This document shows, piece by piece, positions 17,181 to 31,454 of a DNA stretch of 64,000 bases. The translations under genes were made by a program, and so were the position numbers. The stretch is taken from assembly GCF_009914755.1 (NCBI RefSeq), contig NC_060931.1; one strand, given 5' to 3'. Source of the stretch: the human T2T-CHM13v2.0 reference genome, Homo sapiens. The notes beneath the pieces are model-generated. The model had not been told where the DNA came from. It made no database searches and was given only the letters and a program-made list of their open reading frames with translations. The stretch's first letter is position 1, and each line of letters begins with the position of its first letter.

Positions 17181-17476
17181 TTTTTTTTCATTTGATGTGG
17201 TCTCGCTCTGTCACCCAGGCTGGAGTGCAGTAGCACAATCTCAGCTCACTGCAGCCTCAATCTCCCAAGACCAAGCAATCCTCCCACCTGAGCCTCCCAA
17301 GGAGCTGGGACCACAGACATGTGCCATCACGCCTGGCTAATATTTTAAAATTTTTTTGTAGAGACAGGATCTTGCTACATTGCCCAGCTGATCTGGAACT
17401 GCAGGGCTCAAGCAATCCTCCTGCCTCAGCTTCCCAAAGCGCTGGGACTACAGACGTGAGCCACTGAGACCGGCCT
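17181..17476 (-). mobile_element. Alu (J-type)
   Basis: Antisense Alu consensus. Confidence 0.88.
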
Positions 17477-17762
17477 TAAGATCTTTTATAAGCTGAAATT
17501 CTCGGATCAATGGGTAGAAGGAATGTCATCTGCAATAATGATTTATGCCAGCAGAGGGGGACAAAACTTACAGTAAACACAATTTACAAAAATGAAACAA
17601 AAGGCAAAAGCTGACTTCCTGTTTTCTGATTAAAGAGCTCCTGTTACAGGAGTACACCACTCCACCACTTCAGCAGTTCATGAGCATAACAGCCCCTCAG
17701 CCTTTTGCAAATGACAAACCCAAACCTGTTGTTCCACTGCATGCCCATTATTATTTATTTAA

Positions 17763-18118
<356 letters not shown>

Positions 18119-18758
18119 TAAATATTTATTTAAAGTAAATTTATTAAGCACTTGTGTAAATTATTTAAATTAATTATTAAATATTTATTTACATAAAATA
18201 AATTCATCATTAGATGTTTCTTTAAACACATGTATTTAAAACGTATTTAAATAAAATGCGTTTATTTTCTCATCTGTGACCCATGGACTAGCACCCTGAG
18301 TTTCAACTGGTCTACCCAAACCCCGGGGAGCAGACACACAGTTTTCTAGGAGCAGGCAGCCCTTTTACAGGGATCATTCCAGATGCACACCTCTGTACAA
18401 GTCCTCCCTACACTAGTGATTTTCCTGAGAGCTGTCCAGCATGTGCCTGTGGTCCGGGCAGCATGCTGGCTCCCCCTCCCACCTTCCCTTTCCCAAGTCC
18501 TCCCACTTTACAGAAGAGAGGCCCGCCTGTCATCCATGCAGCAGCTTCCTGCGGTGCTCTGCCCAGAGATGTAGAAACCTCGGGAACATCAAATAAAATC
18601 ACAATTCAAAATGCTGGTCTTGGTCAATCAAGGCACAATAAATTTGTGGTATGGTTTGCTTTCTCTCTTAAAGAACTGAGAGAGAAATACAGCCATGAAA
18701 TAGGACAATTCGTTCCACGTTGGGAAACTGTGAACTTAGATATTCTGTAGAGGAGGTG

Positions 18759-18780
18759 GCAGCAGCAGCAGCAGCAGCAG
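18759..18780. repeat. (CAG)7 / (CTG)7 microsatellite in intron 10
   Basis: gcagcagcagcagcagcagcag. Confidence 0.9.
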
Positions 18781-21700
18781 TGAGGTTTTTATTTCATAGC
18801 TTCCCCTCGACCATCTCCCAGCCATTGAAGAACAGTTCACTCCCGCAGAAGAATACAAGGAGAACAGGGAAGAGGACGGCAGTGAGAAATGCCAAGGGCA
18901 TTGTCTCATTTCATCCAGGGGACAAACTCATGGCAGGGCTCTGTGCTTTATCTGTCTATGTGACAACTGTAATCTTCAAGATCTGTTCAGCAGCATGTGG
19001 GAAACCCAAGGTGCCACAATGCATATGCTTTCCGTGAGCTCACCATCCTCAGGAATGAAAGCCTGGCAGGCACCCTTGTCCACGGGGACTCAGTTGGGGT
19101 CTTAACAACATATTTTGTATTAAAAGGAAAAAGGGGTGAAAAGGTCCATGTTTACTTCCGAAAGATCAAAATTACAACTTCAAAAGAACAAATAAGGGAG
19201 AGCTGAGTTAATACTGTATACTTTCCCGCACAATTACTCAGACTTGCAGGATACTTTCGTTCACTTCTTTCAAATGATTGATTACTGGATACTGCACATC
19301 TGTGTCCAGGTTGCTTGAATGCAAGTCACTTGTTCACTGGTCCATGACCCCTTTCTCTGCTGGTTTATTTGTTGTCCCTGTGTACTTACTGGATTTAGAT
19401 CAACTACACAGCAACACGTTTGGATTCTACCATAATGTACTTAACAGCAATCATCTATGTGTCTTTTCTAAACCCCACACTTACTAGTCGAATATTTTTT
19501 CCTTTTGTTGTAAATTTCCACAAAGATTCAACTGCTCTCTTGAAAGCAAATCATTGATGTATGTATGGGCAGATGAAAAATTAGGCAGGCTAAGAGGTAA
19601 CCCTCCTGCACATTAAAAAATCCATTCTGTGTGATTAAGATGATTCCTTTCTCAGACTTTGACATGCGGTCCTAATTTATGAAATATATAATTATAAATA
19701 TTATTTTCATCTTGAAATGAAATACTAATCCATCTATATAATTCTCAAATGTCCATCTGTCAAGCCTTTTTCAGATGCCTGAGAAAATTGATATTGGATG
19801 CCACTTATTCACAGCTGATGATAAAAATCCTAACAGGAGCGATTTCCAATTTTATGGGGTTGCTTTTACCCCAGCAGCACCTCATTTAACTACATACAAG
19901 GTGCCTCTAAGCGAAAGAAAACAGATATACTAAACAGTCATTTAATCATCACCTCCATCATTTAATAAACCTTGCTGAAATCCTTTTTGGTATACTTCCC
20001 ATTAAGAAAGTGAATGCCTCTAATGACTGGGCAACTGTTTTGTTTTGTTTTTAACAAATTAGGTGGTTTGCTTTACCAAAACTGGAAAAGGAGCTACAGA
20101 TGGCCTCCCCTAAGTGGAGGTCTCCAAAGTCAACAACGTAAAAATACAAACAGTATTGCCTCTATAGGGCGGTCTACGTAGCCCAAGCCTAGGCACCTAA
20201 ATGTCTTCCCTCACGTACACTCAGGGCCCATGTAGGAAAGAAACATGACAGTATTCATGAAAATGCTTCATAAATGCCAAAGTACCCTACAAATGATGCT
20301 GACAGCATTATTATTACTGTTGATTGATGAAACATCGAGCAGTTAATATACAGCTAAGAATTCTAAGGCATCAGAGTTATAAATAAGAATTTAGATACAA
20401 TATTTTGTTAAGTCAACAACAAGATGCGACACAGGGTCCCTCAAGAAATAGCTGATGACCAGATGAATTTCAAAACGCTCAACTGAAGTACCAAACTGAC
20501 TGGTTTTTTTCTGGGTAACCAAGAAAACGGCACGTGTCATAAATGAAATATACAAGTCCTCTTGGCTTACTGTTGATTCTGACCAAAGTCTTTAAATACA
20601 TCCATTAGATCCTTGCACTTCTCACAAACTGAGTGAGTCATCACCTTCTATACCAATAGAAATTTGGCAACCAGTCTGTGCGTATTATGCACAAAACAAA
20701 AGCCATCTACACACAGAAGGAAAACCTAGAGGGAACACTGCCCCTCCTCCCTTAGATAATTACCTTCTTTTGTCTCATCTCTACTTGCCAGATCACTTTT
20801 TCTAGTTTCTCCACTTCTTTTAAAATAGAACCTAGAGTTCAGTCTGGCTGGTATACAATGTCTCCAGCTCCCTCCCACATGCAGCATAGGTTTAATCAGT
20901 ATTTTATAAAAGAAGAATCAAGATTAATGAGAGTGTTCAATATTCATATTAGGACCGAGTTATTTCTGAAGAAGGATGGCTCTTTTGTTCTTTCTCTCTT
21001 TAACATATCACAGAGGGAACAGGCCACAGTGTCTGTGCCCCACCGGAATACGTCACCAACAAGCCCAGGAGACTGACTGGTGGGCAGGTCAGCCAAGTAA
21101 TGAGAGAGACGCCTGATGAATGTGAACACGTGGGCCATAAATACAGTACAGCCCAGGTGGCACAAAACGCAGTGAAGCCCACAGTATTCGGGTTAGCCTG
21201 AGCCCCTGGGAAGGAGTTGAGATGACAATAGAAACACAGAGCAAATCCCAAAAGTGTCTGAACAAAAATTTGCCATCATGTAGCGAGTGCCATTGAAAGC
21301 ATTTATTACCTGATTGATGTCATTTGTGAAACGTCACCACAACCACCATGCTGCTTCCATTTAGGAAGTGGAGACAAGGCAAAGTTATTGCCATCTGTTT
21401 GTCTTCAGTGCAGCCCCACACGGGCACTCCCGTAACCCTGTGGTCCCGGAGTTTGGGAGAGCAGGGCTCCCAGATTCTCCCACCCACAGGTGACACCCGG
21501 CACGGTCAGCCAGCTGTGGGTGAACTGAGACCACCTACACGTTAGGTGTGACAGGCGACCTTTGCAGAGAATCAAACAGCAACCATAGGGAATGAGCTGA
21601 CCTTGGCTGAGATGGAACGATATGCTCACAGAGCCTCTTTTCAATTCACTGTCCATACTGCCTCCCAAAGGGATCGTTCCAAAAGCAAATGTGTTCAAGC

Positions 21701-24197
21701 TGCTCTCCCTGCTGAAAACCTTTCAATGCTTGCCCACTGCTTACAGCATAATTTGCAATCCCTTCTATGTCCTGAAAACCCCCCAGGGCCTGGCTCTCTG
21801 CCACCTGGCTTTCGGCTGTGCCCTTTTTTATGACCTTTGCTCTAGCTTCCTGAGCTGCCCTCCGCTCCCCCACTGGGCCCGCCTTCATCTCCACCGTGAA
21901 GCTTCAGCCCTGGTGTCACCTCCTTGAAGAAGGTAGAAGTACCCCACCACTGCAAATGGGGTGCCCCCCTCCTCTGTGTTCTCCAGACATCCTTATACTC
22001 CTGGATGTCTGCTTTCGGATGGCTCGTCCTTCTCCCTTGCTAAAGCCCTGGAATGCAGAGATCGCGTGCTATTTGTGTTGGTAACTGAGCCGGATCTGGT
22101 GTGGCTCACAGCAAATGCTCAATGTTTGGTGAGTGACACCCAGTGCCTGAGGCAGCTCCAGCCGGTTGCCCAAAGTGCTGCCCTTTAGAAGCAACCAAGG
22201 GCAGTCAGGAGCTCTGGTCTGACACCAGTAACGAGGTGTGGACTATCCCCCATCAGAAGGAATAAGTTTCCATGAGGCCAGTGGCATCCAGCCAATGCCA
22301 TTCATGATGAAGAGGATCCGGGCTGGAGTTTTTTAGGCAACAGTAACAAATGATGACTTGAGTCTACAGATAGAGAATACAGATAAAAGAAAGCATGGGG
22401 TTTTCTTCTTTATTACTGAAAATAAGCAAAGGCTGTGCCTCAAAACAAGACAGAATGGCCTCTCCCTCCTATCATATTTCAAAATTAATCTACTCCCAGA
22501 CAATCTGAAGAGGTTTCCTTCTCGTTACGAGGGGAAGGGGGGTGCAGATTTTAGGTCAGCAGATTTATTGTTTCCAGATGTTTGCAGCTCTGGGATTTGC
22601 TGAAGGATTTCCGAGAGTATGGTGAGGCGCATCAGGAGGTGGGGAGAGCAGAACGGAGAGAGAGACAACAGCCACATGAGCAGGAGACAGAGCTCTTGAA
22701 GTCATAGGGGAGGGTGACATCTCTGCACATTACCCTGAGGACGAGGCTAGAGGCCCTTTGCTATGGCCACATGACCTTAAAAGAAACACGTATGAACTAA
22801 AGACATTTGTTTTTAAACTAAATGAAGAGATCATTTTCCCATTTTAAACACACGACAAAATCTATAGGGTGGGTTCCTGTGCCAGCAAAACACGACTGAG
22901 CTTCTGCAACACTGGCAAGGCTTTGCCCTCCTAACAGTGTCAGAAGACAGTTATTCTTTTGGGGAATCCTCCCTGCAGGACCTTTTCTGTAAACCTGTTG
23001 TCAGGATGTATGGGCAGGTCTTTGCAGCCCTGAAGGAAAAAGAGCAGCTCTAAGGGCTGGAAGTTCCATCTGAAACTCTGTCCATTTGATTTACAGCCAC
23101 ATCTGGGACTTGAAAATGTTTAGGAAGTAAAAGTGAGAGAAGGAGAAAGCTTGGGGAATATTCCATTTTGACCCCAAGAGACGCTGTGCTCTGATAATTT
23201 ACTGAAGTTACAGATAATAGATGGACTTCCATGGCAGTGTATACGTTAGGAAATGTGGCCCATAAAAGACCTAAATACATAACCGTCTACACTGGTTAAC
23301 TCCCTCTGTAACAACACTCTTCAACAGAACAAAAACATTTCCAAACCTATTGTTGATCTTATTACAGTGAAATTCACACTATGAATCATTTAGTATACCC
23401 AGCACTTTTTTTCCAGGTTTCCCCATGCCATTCACCAGTATAACAAGAACAACAAAAGAACCTTAGCAGACTGTGTAAATAATAAACAAAGATAGGCAAC
23501 AAACATAACATTAATGTATAAAATGCTTTTCATGTACTTGATAGCCATAAGCTTGCAATTTAATAAATACTTTGCATTTTTTTGTTAATTCATATGAAAA
23601 GACAAATACTCTTTCTTTGCTTTTACAAAAGTAAAATAAATTTTAAAGTAATGCATATTTTTTTTCCATTCGACAGGTCTAGGTTTGTAATATGCAGAAT
23701 TTTTCATACCCAAGACAACCAAAATAAAGTTTAAAAATAAATAGGGCAATCTTTTATTCTTTGTTTTTTGACTTTTGCTTGTTTTTATCAAGCTTTTAAA
23801 GCAGGATGAGTCCTCCAAATCTGGGAGACCCACGGAAAGTGCATGTTAATCCAGCAGACTGTTAGTAACAGTGGACTGACTACCACGTTCCACTCCCTTG
23901 GTAAACACGCTGACTGATACTTATGCTGTACTAGTGAGTGCTCCTCTAGGCCTGGCATGTTTTTGCTCACACCAGGTGAGCTCAATGTTGACCAAAAGTC
24001 AATGTCTTTGCTCTGAAACCTGATGTGACCCTCGAATACTATGGAAACTGTTGAAACATACGTTGGAAAAGAAAATTGCTATTTCTATAAACACTTAAGT
24101 TGAATGCTTTGGAAAGACATAGGAAAGAGGGGTTACTTAAAAAATCTGCTGTCAAATTAGGTGTGAGTGAATTAACTCAAAAGTCTGCAAAATTAGG

Positions 24198-24338
24198 AGA
24201 TAGGGAGTGGGGGGAGGTATTAAAAAAATCGAGAGAACTTTGCATTCAGGTAGCTTTGCTCTTCTCTAAGATAGGGAGTGGGGGGAGGTATTAAAAATCG
24301 AGAGAACTTTGCATTCAGGTAGCTTTGCTCTTCTCTAA
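24198..24338. repeat. Tandem duplication, 2 x about 70 bp
   Basis: agatagggagtggggggaggtattaaaaa..tcgagagaactttgcattcaggtagctttgctcttctctaa occurs twice. Confidence 0.93.
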
Positions 24339-24687
24339 AGAAACCCAAACTGGAACCTGAAACTGACACGTCATGGGTGTTGTTTATTGTAAGAAAGACC
24401 AAACACAATTCCTCTCAGTAGACCAACACTCAAAACAAAACAAGACTTGGGATATGTTGAAGGATTGGCAAATAAATGTCCATTCATATATTTTAAGTTA
24501 AAATGTTCAAGGTATGTATTGTTCGTTTTTAATGATCAAGGTGGGTAAGTGGGCTTCCAAATAGGGTGAACAGAAAATAAAGCAACTGACCAATGGAGTT
24601 GTACACAAAATAGATAAACAGATCTGAGAAAGTCTGCCTTGGCTCCTATCCTCTGAAAATATCCAGGGATAAAATAAATCAGAATTC

Positions 24688-24985
24688 GGCCTGGTGCGGT
24701 GGCTCATGCCTGTAATCCCAGCACTTCGGGAGGCCAAGGCAGGCAGATCTTTTGAGGCCAGGAGTTCGAGACCAGCCTCGCCAACATGGCAAAACCCTGT
24801 CTCTACTAAAAATACAAACACTGGCCAGGTGTGGTGGCACACGCCTGTAATCTCAGCTATTCGGAGACCGAGGCAGGAGAATCGCTTGAACCCAGGAGGC
24901 GGAGGCTGCAGTGAGCCAAGCTCACGCCACTGCACTCCAGCCTGGGTGACAGAGCCAGACTCTGTCTCAAAAAATACAAAATAAA
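24688..24985 (+). mobile_element. Alu (S-type)
   Basis: Alu consensus. Confidence 0.9.
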
Positions 24986-25240
24986 ATCATAGTAGAACCC
25001 GGAGGGCATGTCATGGCTAGGCTTTTATACAGTTTCACATTCTTGGACTGTATTTACTACCACAGAAGGAGGGTTTCAGGAAGCAGAAACAAAGGCAAAG
25101 TGATACCACTATTAAAGCCAGAAGATTTCCATAATAGCCCTCCCTCTTCCTCATCTTTCAGTATCAAGAGCCCAAACTCATCCTATCCCTGCCCCACAAA
25201 ACTGCTTATAGGAACACTGGGGGAAGAGGCTGCCCGTTAC

Positions 25241-25425
25241 CTTCTGACGCTGCTGAATGTTGGCCACAGTGTCAGGCTGAAAGTCTAGCTTGTCTGTGCG
25301 GCATAGTTTCCAGTAGAGGATGACAACAATCACCATCACCACCAGCACTGGGATGACCACGCCAACAATGACCCACAAGTTGTTGCTCTGGGATTCCGGA
25401 GACGGCCTCTTCACCCTGTCGACAG
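25241..25425 (-). CDS. KIAA1549: KIAA1549 exon 10 (185 nt, phase 1-0), encodes the TM helix LWVIVGVVIPVLVVMVIVVILYW
   Basis: ORF 25178..25468; acceptor gtctgcAG|CTGTCG, donor CAGAAG|gtaacg. Confidence 0.95.
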
Positions 25426-26224
25426 CTGCAGACAAGGAAGAAAGGTCTTTCAATAATTCCTTCTTCACTCATGCACTAGATTGCACGTGTCTTCTATGAG
25501 AAACTCAGAAGTCCCTGACATTCCAGCTCAAGATAGCTGGTTCCAGGTTCTAATCTCCTGATGACAGGAAATGTGACCAGCAGAGAAACACAACATACAA
25601 TGTTACATCTAGAATACATCAGGGATCACAACGACATATGGATATATCCAAAGGTACATGGCTGAATTAATGGCAAAGCTCAGTTAATTCCAGGTCTCCT
25701 GATTTCCAGTTTATTCTACTAGCTCACCCGTAACTTATCACTGCAGGATATTTCCACACCAAAACTGGTTCTGCACAACTTTGTACAAAGGCAGTTCTCT
25801 TCAAAAGTGGAGAGAAAAACAGCTGTGTCTCCAGAACATAATCCTGCCCGCTCCATCAAGTACCGCAGGACTCACACCCTCCTAGATCACATAAAGCACA
25901 TGCATCTCAACTAGGAGTTTATGGAAGAAAACCCTTCATCTCTTTCTCCCTTCCCTCACTACTCCAAGTTTCTCATGTTCACAAATGTTTATTAAGTGTG
26001 CTGGACACAGTTTGTAAGCTGGGACTCAACCATGAACAAGCGAAATCCCTTGAGGTGCTTAAGTCCTAGTGGGGGAAAGGAGAAATGATCAAGTAAATGA
26101 ATCACCGAATAATTTCATATTGCACTAGTGCCAAACACAAAGCAAAACAGAGTAAGGAGATACGACATGTGCACCAGTGCAACTGGTCGTTTCCCCTTCA
26201 GCAATGAAAAATGACAAAGAGATG

Positions 26225-26635
26225 CTGATGTTCGTAGCAGCGCTATTCACGACAGCCTAAAAGATGAAAAGAACTCAAATGCCCATCCACAGATGAATGA
26301 ATGAACAAAATGTAGTATAGCCATACAATGGAATATCATTCAGCTTTAAAAGGGAAGGAAATTCTATACATGCTGCTGCACAGATGAACCTTGAAAACAT
26401 CATGATAATGGAACAAGCCAGTCACAAAAGGACAAAATGTATGATTCTACCTACATGAGGTATCTAGAAAAAAACTCATAGAAAGCTTCTGCTTGGAATG
26501 ATGAAGAAATTCTGGAAATGGATAGTGGTGATGGTTACACAGCCTTGTGAACGTACTGAATGCCACTGAAGTATACATTTAAAAGTGTTAAATTGGTACA
26601 TTTCTTGATGTATATTTTACTGCAATAAAAAAAGA
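26225..26635 (+). mobile_element. L1MB-type 3' fragment
   Basis: atgttcgtagcagcgctattcac...gcccatccacagatgaatg...ggatagtggtgatggttacac. Confidence 0.8.
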
Positions 26636-27494
26636 AGGAAGATGATCCTTATGTTTTCCAAAATGAAGCTTCACTGTGTTAATTTGGAAACTGAAGTCCT
26701 AATAAGCGTCCCATAGGCACTGCCTTCATTGCCCCACCTGTGTCTCTCCCTAAACCTTTGAAACATGACTCATCGAAACGGCATTATTTAAGCTACCAGT
26801 TGTCCACTTTTACACGAAGCATATCTTACTCATTTTGGATCCACCACTCCCCACCCTGCTGCCACACCCACCCCACCCGGCCCCCACTTCTCTTTCACGG
26901 CATAGGACAGTTGCACTTCAACTCCTCGGCCACTTCATGTCCTTCACTAGCTCTTTGTTTTGCACATGGTGCCTTACTGCTCATTTAAAATGCTTCCTGT
27001 TATATAAATGGATAATCCGTGAAGTGCTACGCTTCTGCACTCATTCATCCGGTCTTGACGCCAAATCTTGTCTTTTCAAAAACATCTTAGTTTTCATGGG
27101 CAGGGACTAAGTCTTATGCTCCTTTCATACCCTATGATGGTTAACACCTGCTATGGGATCAAAAGGTATCTGCTCAAAGACGTAATAACAAAAAGGGTTC
27201 TTGGTGCTGGTTTAACTTTGGGTTTAGACACCTAAGGGAGTGGCAAGGGAGGGAGCAAGCATTCTAAATCAAATGCACCAGGGAAAAAAGCACAGATTAG
27301 AGCACAGGCTGCATGGGATGTGGTAAAAAGCAACAAAGTGAAAAACTTGTGTTTTTTAATTTGGGCTGAATATAGTTAATATATGTAGCTCATTTTGCAT
27401 AAAAGCAACGGACAATATAGAAGTACGGACAGAATCAAACTGAGAAGCTGAGACAACTGGACACTCTTCTTAGTTCTTTTGTGGGTGTGGTTGT

Positions 27495-27800
27495 TTTTTT
27501 TTTTTCTTTTTGAGATAGGGTCTCACTCTATCACTCAGGCTAGAATGTGGTGGCACAATCAAGCTCACTTGCAGCCGCGACCTCCTGGGCTCAGGTGATC
27601 CTCCTGCCTCAGACCCCCCAAGTAACTGGGACCACAGGCATGCCCCACCATGCCCAGCTAGCTTATTATTATTATTATTTGTAGAGATGGGGTCTTGCTA
27701 TGTTTCCCAGGCTGGTCTTGAACTCCTGAGCTCAACTGATCCTCCTGCCTCTATCTCCCAAAGTGCTGAGATTACAGGTGTGAGCCACCACACCTGCCCT
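27495..27800 (-). mobile_element. Alu (J-type)
   Basis: Antisense Alu consensus. Confidence 0.88.
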
Positions 27801-28514
27801 CTTCTTACTCTAACCTAGGAAAACCCTGATGAGGCAGAGGTTGATCAAACTGGACCCTGACACCAGTGTCCTGGGGCTGCCTTTGGGCTATCCCTGGTGT
27901 TGGCTGAGGCTTCCTTCAATCGCCATCCCTGAGATCCCAGGATCTTTACCCACGTGGTTTTCGGTACAAAACTGAGGAAAAGAGGTGCAAGATCACATCT
28001 GAAAGGTGCCCATATTCTATTGCAATTAGCTGTTTAAAATGTCAAGTGCTTGGCTGGAGTAGGGCACGTCTCCTACAATCAGGAATCGCATATATGAAGA
28101 ACTGTAACGAAGTGCTTTTGCTATTTTTTGCTCACTGCTTTGGAGGAGAACACATCAATATGTGATCATATCTCACATACACAAACACAAATTGCCAATG
28201 GTTATTTGCTTAAACCCTCCCATCATCTTCCATAAAATAGAGAAATTATGCCCATCAGCTCTCATCTTGGTTGGTCTCCAGGGACAAGTACAGATTTCAT
28301 AAAAACCTTCTACTATCAAGGATAATTTAAAAGCTATCATTTTTTAAAAATTGTCTTTATCTCCTACATGTTCTCCATAAAGATTTTTCTGTATTCTCTG
28401 ATGCTGAATTCCCTCTAAACATTTACCTCTCCTTTTATTGCTGGGAGCAAGTTTCACCATTCTCTTACCAAGACTGCTTGCAGGATCACAAAGGAAAAAC
28501 ACTGACATTAAAAG

Positions 28515-28790
28515 AGGTGTGGTGGCTCATGGTTGGGATTCCAACACCTTGGGAGGTCAAGGTGGGAGGATTGCTTGAGCCAGGGGTTCAAGACCAGCCT
28601 AGGCAACATGGCAAGACCCTGTCTCTACAGATAATAAGAAAAAATCGCTGGGTGTAGTGGTGGTGACTGTGGTCCTAGCTACTCAGGAGGCTGAGGCAGG
28701 AGGATCACCTGAGCCCAGGAGTTTGAGGCTGCAGTGAGCTACGATCAAGCCACTGCACTCCAGCCTGGGTGACAGAGCAAGACCCTTTCT

Positions 28791-28823
<33 letters not shown>
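28515..28823 (+). mobile_element. Alu (J-type)
   Basis: Alu consensus with a long A-tail. Confidence 0.88.
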
Positions 28824-28828
<5 letters not shown>

Positions 28829-28923
28829 ATCTGATTCACACCGTAAAGGACTATTTAGAAAAATACACTCTTCCATGTGCCTCCTTTTTCTTCAATTTTA
28901 AATACTCAAAATCTGTGAGGTGG

Positions 28924-29436
<513 letters not shown>

Positions 29437-29854
29437 TCAGGGTGCACCTCCCAGCTTCCTGCATGACTCACTGTCCCCGCCAATGTTCAAAATATGACAC
29501 AGAAGATTTTGGAATAAATACAGAGCAAACACATTATTTTGCCTTAGACAAAATTTATAAAAAAAGTAGTAGTACAGGAATGAGGGACAGATATTAAAGT
29601 TGATGTACTATAAATCATTATTAACACCCCACCTACAAAATGCTAGGTAGAAAAAACAGCAGTGGAGGCTAAACCTACAAGCAATTGAAATCCAAATAAA
29701 GAAGGTCTTGGTGAATGAATTTTAACAACTGGCACTTCACCATCAGGGTTATACACACATCGGAATGCTTTACATTCAGAGCTCACTGTCAGAACGAGCC
29801 TGGCTTTGGTGCCCAGCACAGCACAGCACAGACGACAACACCTCAGGCACTTAC

Positions 29855-30032
29855 GCTGGGCAATGACACCTTGAATTCGGTAACCCAAGATGATGGCTGC
29901 TCTCTGGAGGTCCATTTTGTTAATCAGGTCCGAAGACTTGACTGCACTGAGTCTTTCTCCATCTTGATCCTCCACAAAGTAGATGAGCTGTACAGGATTG
30001 TCATCTCCCTCCAGCCTCGACACATTTACCAC
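29855..30032 (-). CDS. KIAA1549: KIAA1549 exon 9 (178 nt, phase 0-1) VVNVSRLEGDDNPVQL...GVIAQ
   Basis: ORF 29643..30053; acceptor tctttcAG|GTGGTA, donor CCCAGC|gtaagt. Confidence 0.95.
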
Positions 30033-30489
30033 CTGAAAGATAGCAGAAACCATTCACATTGCAGAAGCTCATGTTTCTAGATGCCCTCTCTCAGGTTGCT
30101 GAATCCTGGCTGTGTCACTCAGGATTTATTCCAATCCTCATAATAAGCTCCGTAAGCCATTCAGGGGCCCAGAATCACCATGGTGCTCTCTGTTGATGGG
30201 AAGAGGGACAGTGGGGAGTTCCTTTGTGTGGAGTAACAGGTTGCTTCATCTCGCTCTACATCTTTTCTGGGGCCAAGGGGCAGGGAGGCTGCACAGAACC
30301 AGGGCTGGCGAGTCCAGGTGGTCTAAAATCATCCCCACAATCTCTGATGTGCTGACCACGTCATAAGAGAGCATCATCCTCCCAACATTAACTGTAGGAT
30401 TAGGTACATCCCTGGTTCTCTGAAACTATTAATGGTTCTACCCAATCCTTTCTTCAGCCTATTGGTATTTCCTCCTCATTCTGCTAGGG

Positions 30490-30675
30490 CAGGGCTTCTC
30501 AACCTCAGCTCTACTGACAATCCCTTGACATGGGGTGCACTGTAGATGGTTAGTAGTATCCCTGCCCTCTACCCACCAGGTACCCCCATCCTGCACCACC
30601 CAAGTTACAACCAAAAACATCCCCAGACACTGCCAGATCCACCCTGGAGGACAAAATCACCCCCACCCACCACAG
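30490..30675. mobile_element. MER20-like hAT MITE
   Basis: cttctcaacctcagctctactgaca...tgcactgtagatggttagtagtatccctgccctctaccca. Confidence 0.7.
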
Positions 30676-31454
30676 GTCTATGGACAATAAACCTCATAAA
30701 TTCATAATCTTGTGGGTCAAATAATACTTTGATTCATCCCAAAACTTCTCTCTTTCTGGTGTTAAAAGGCAGTTTTTTATGCCCTTATTTCAAAATCTAG
30801 CACACTTGACATATCGTACCTTTTCATTTCACTCTATTTCTCTAATAATATGCAACAATGTGATTACCCCTTTAGACTCCAGCAAAACTCTGAGCTTCTG
30901 TCCTGAGAAAAGGATCAGCGAGGGCTCCGAGCTCCTTATTTTACATGTGCCATTTAAATTGCTGGTCTCTACATTTGCCATTGGCAACATGCAGCTGCTA
31001 CTTCTCTGTCCACACGTATGGGTTTGTAACACTGCCCTGTGCTCTGGACACAGCTGCTGGACCCCTCCTTCACCACGGGAAACTTCTGGCAGATCAGCAA
31101 TTTCACGATTTCACTGTGAACTCCTTCTTCCAGATCGTGTCTAAAGATCCTTAACAACACACGTCCAAACCCTCTTCCCTCAACAATCTGTTCTTTATGC
31201 TTCGTCCTGAGAACTCCCTCCCTGACAACGGTACAGTGGTGATTAATTTTTTATTAGCTTTTAGAATGGAATGCTATGCAAGGGCTACTGAAAAGGAAGT
31301 AGATTATATCCATCTGTCTCTCTACCCATGTACCTACTTATTCCATTTTAAAAGTTCTAATAAATTTAAAAAGTATAGTTTCTTCTTCTAGAAATCACAG
31401 TCCCCAAAATCCAGTGATACCCACCTTGATTAAAGATTCTACAAGTCTGTCTAG

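Noticed and set aside
18627-18697. Short minus-strand ORF MAVFLSQFFKRESKPYHKFIVP downstream of the CTG run
   Set aside because: Only 22 codons, with no splice link to KIAA1549 exons
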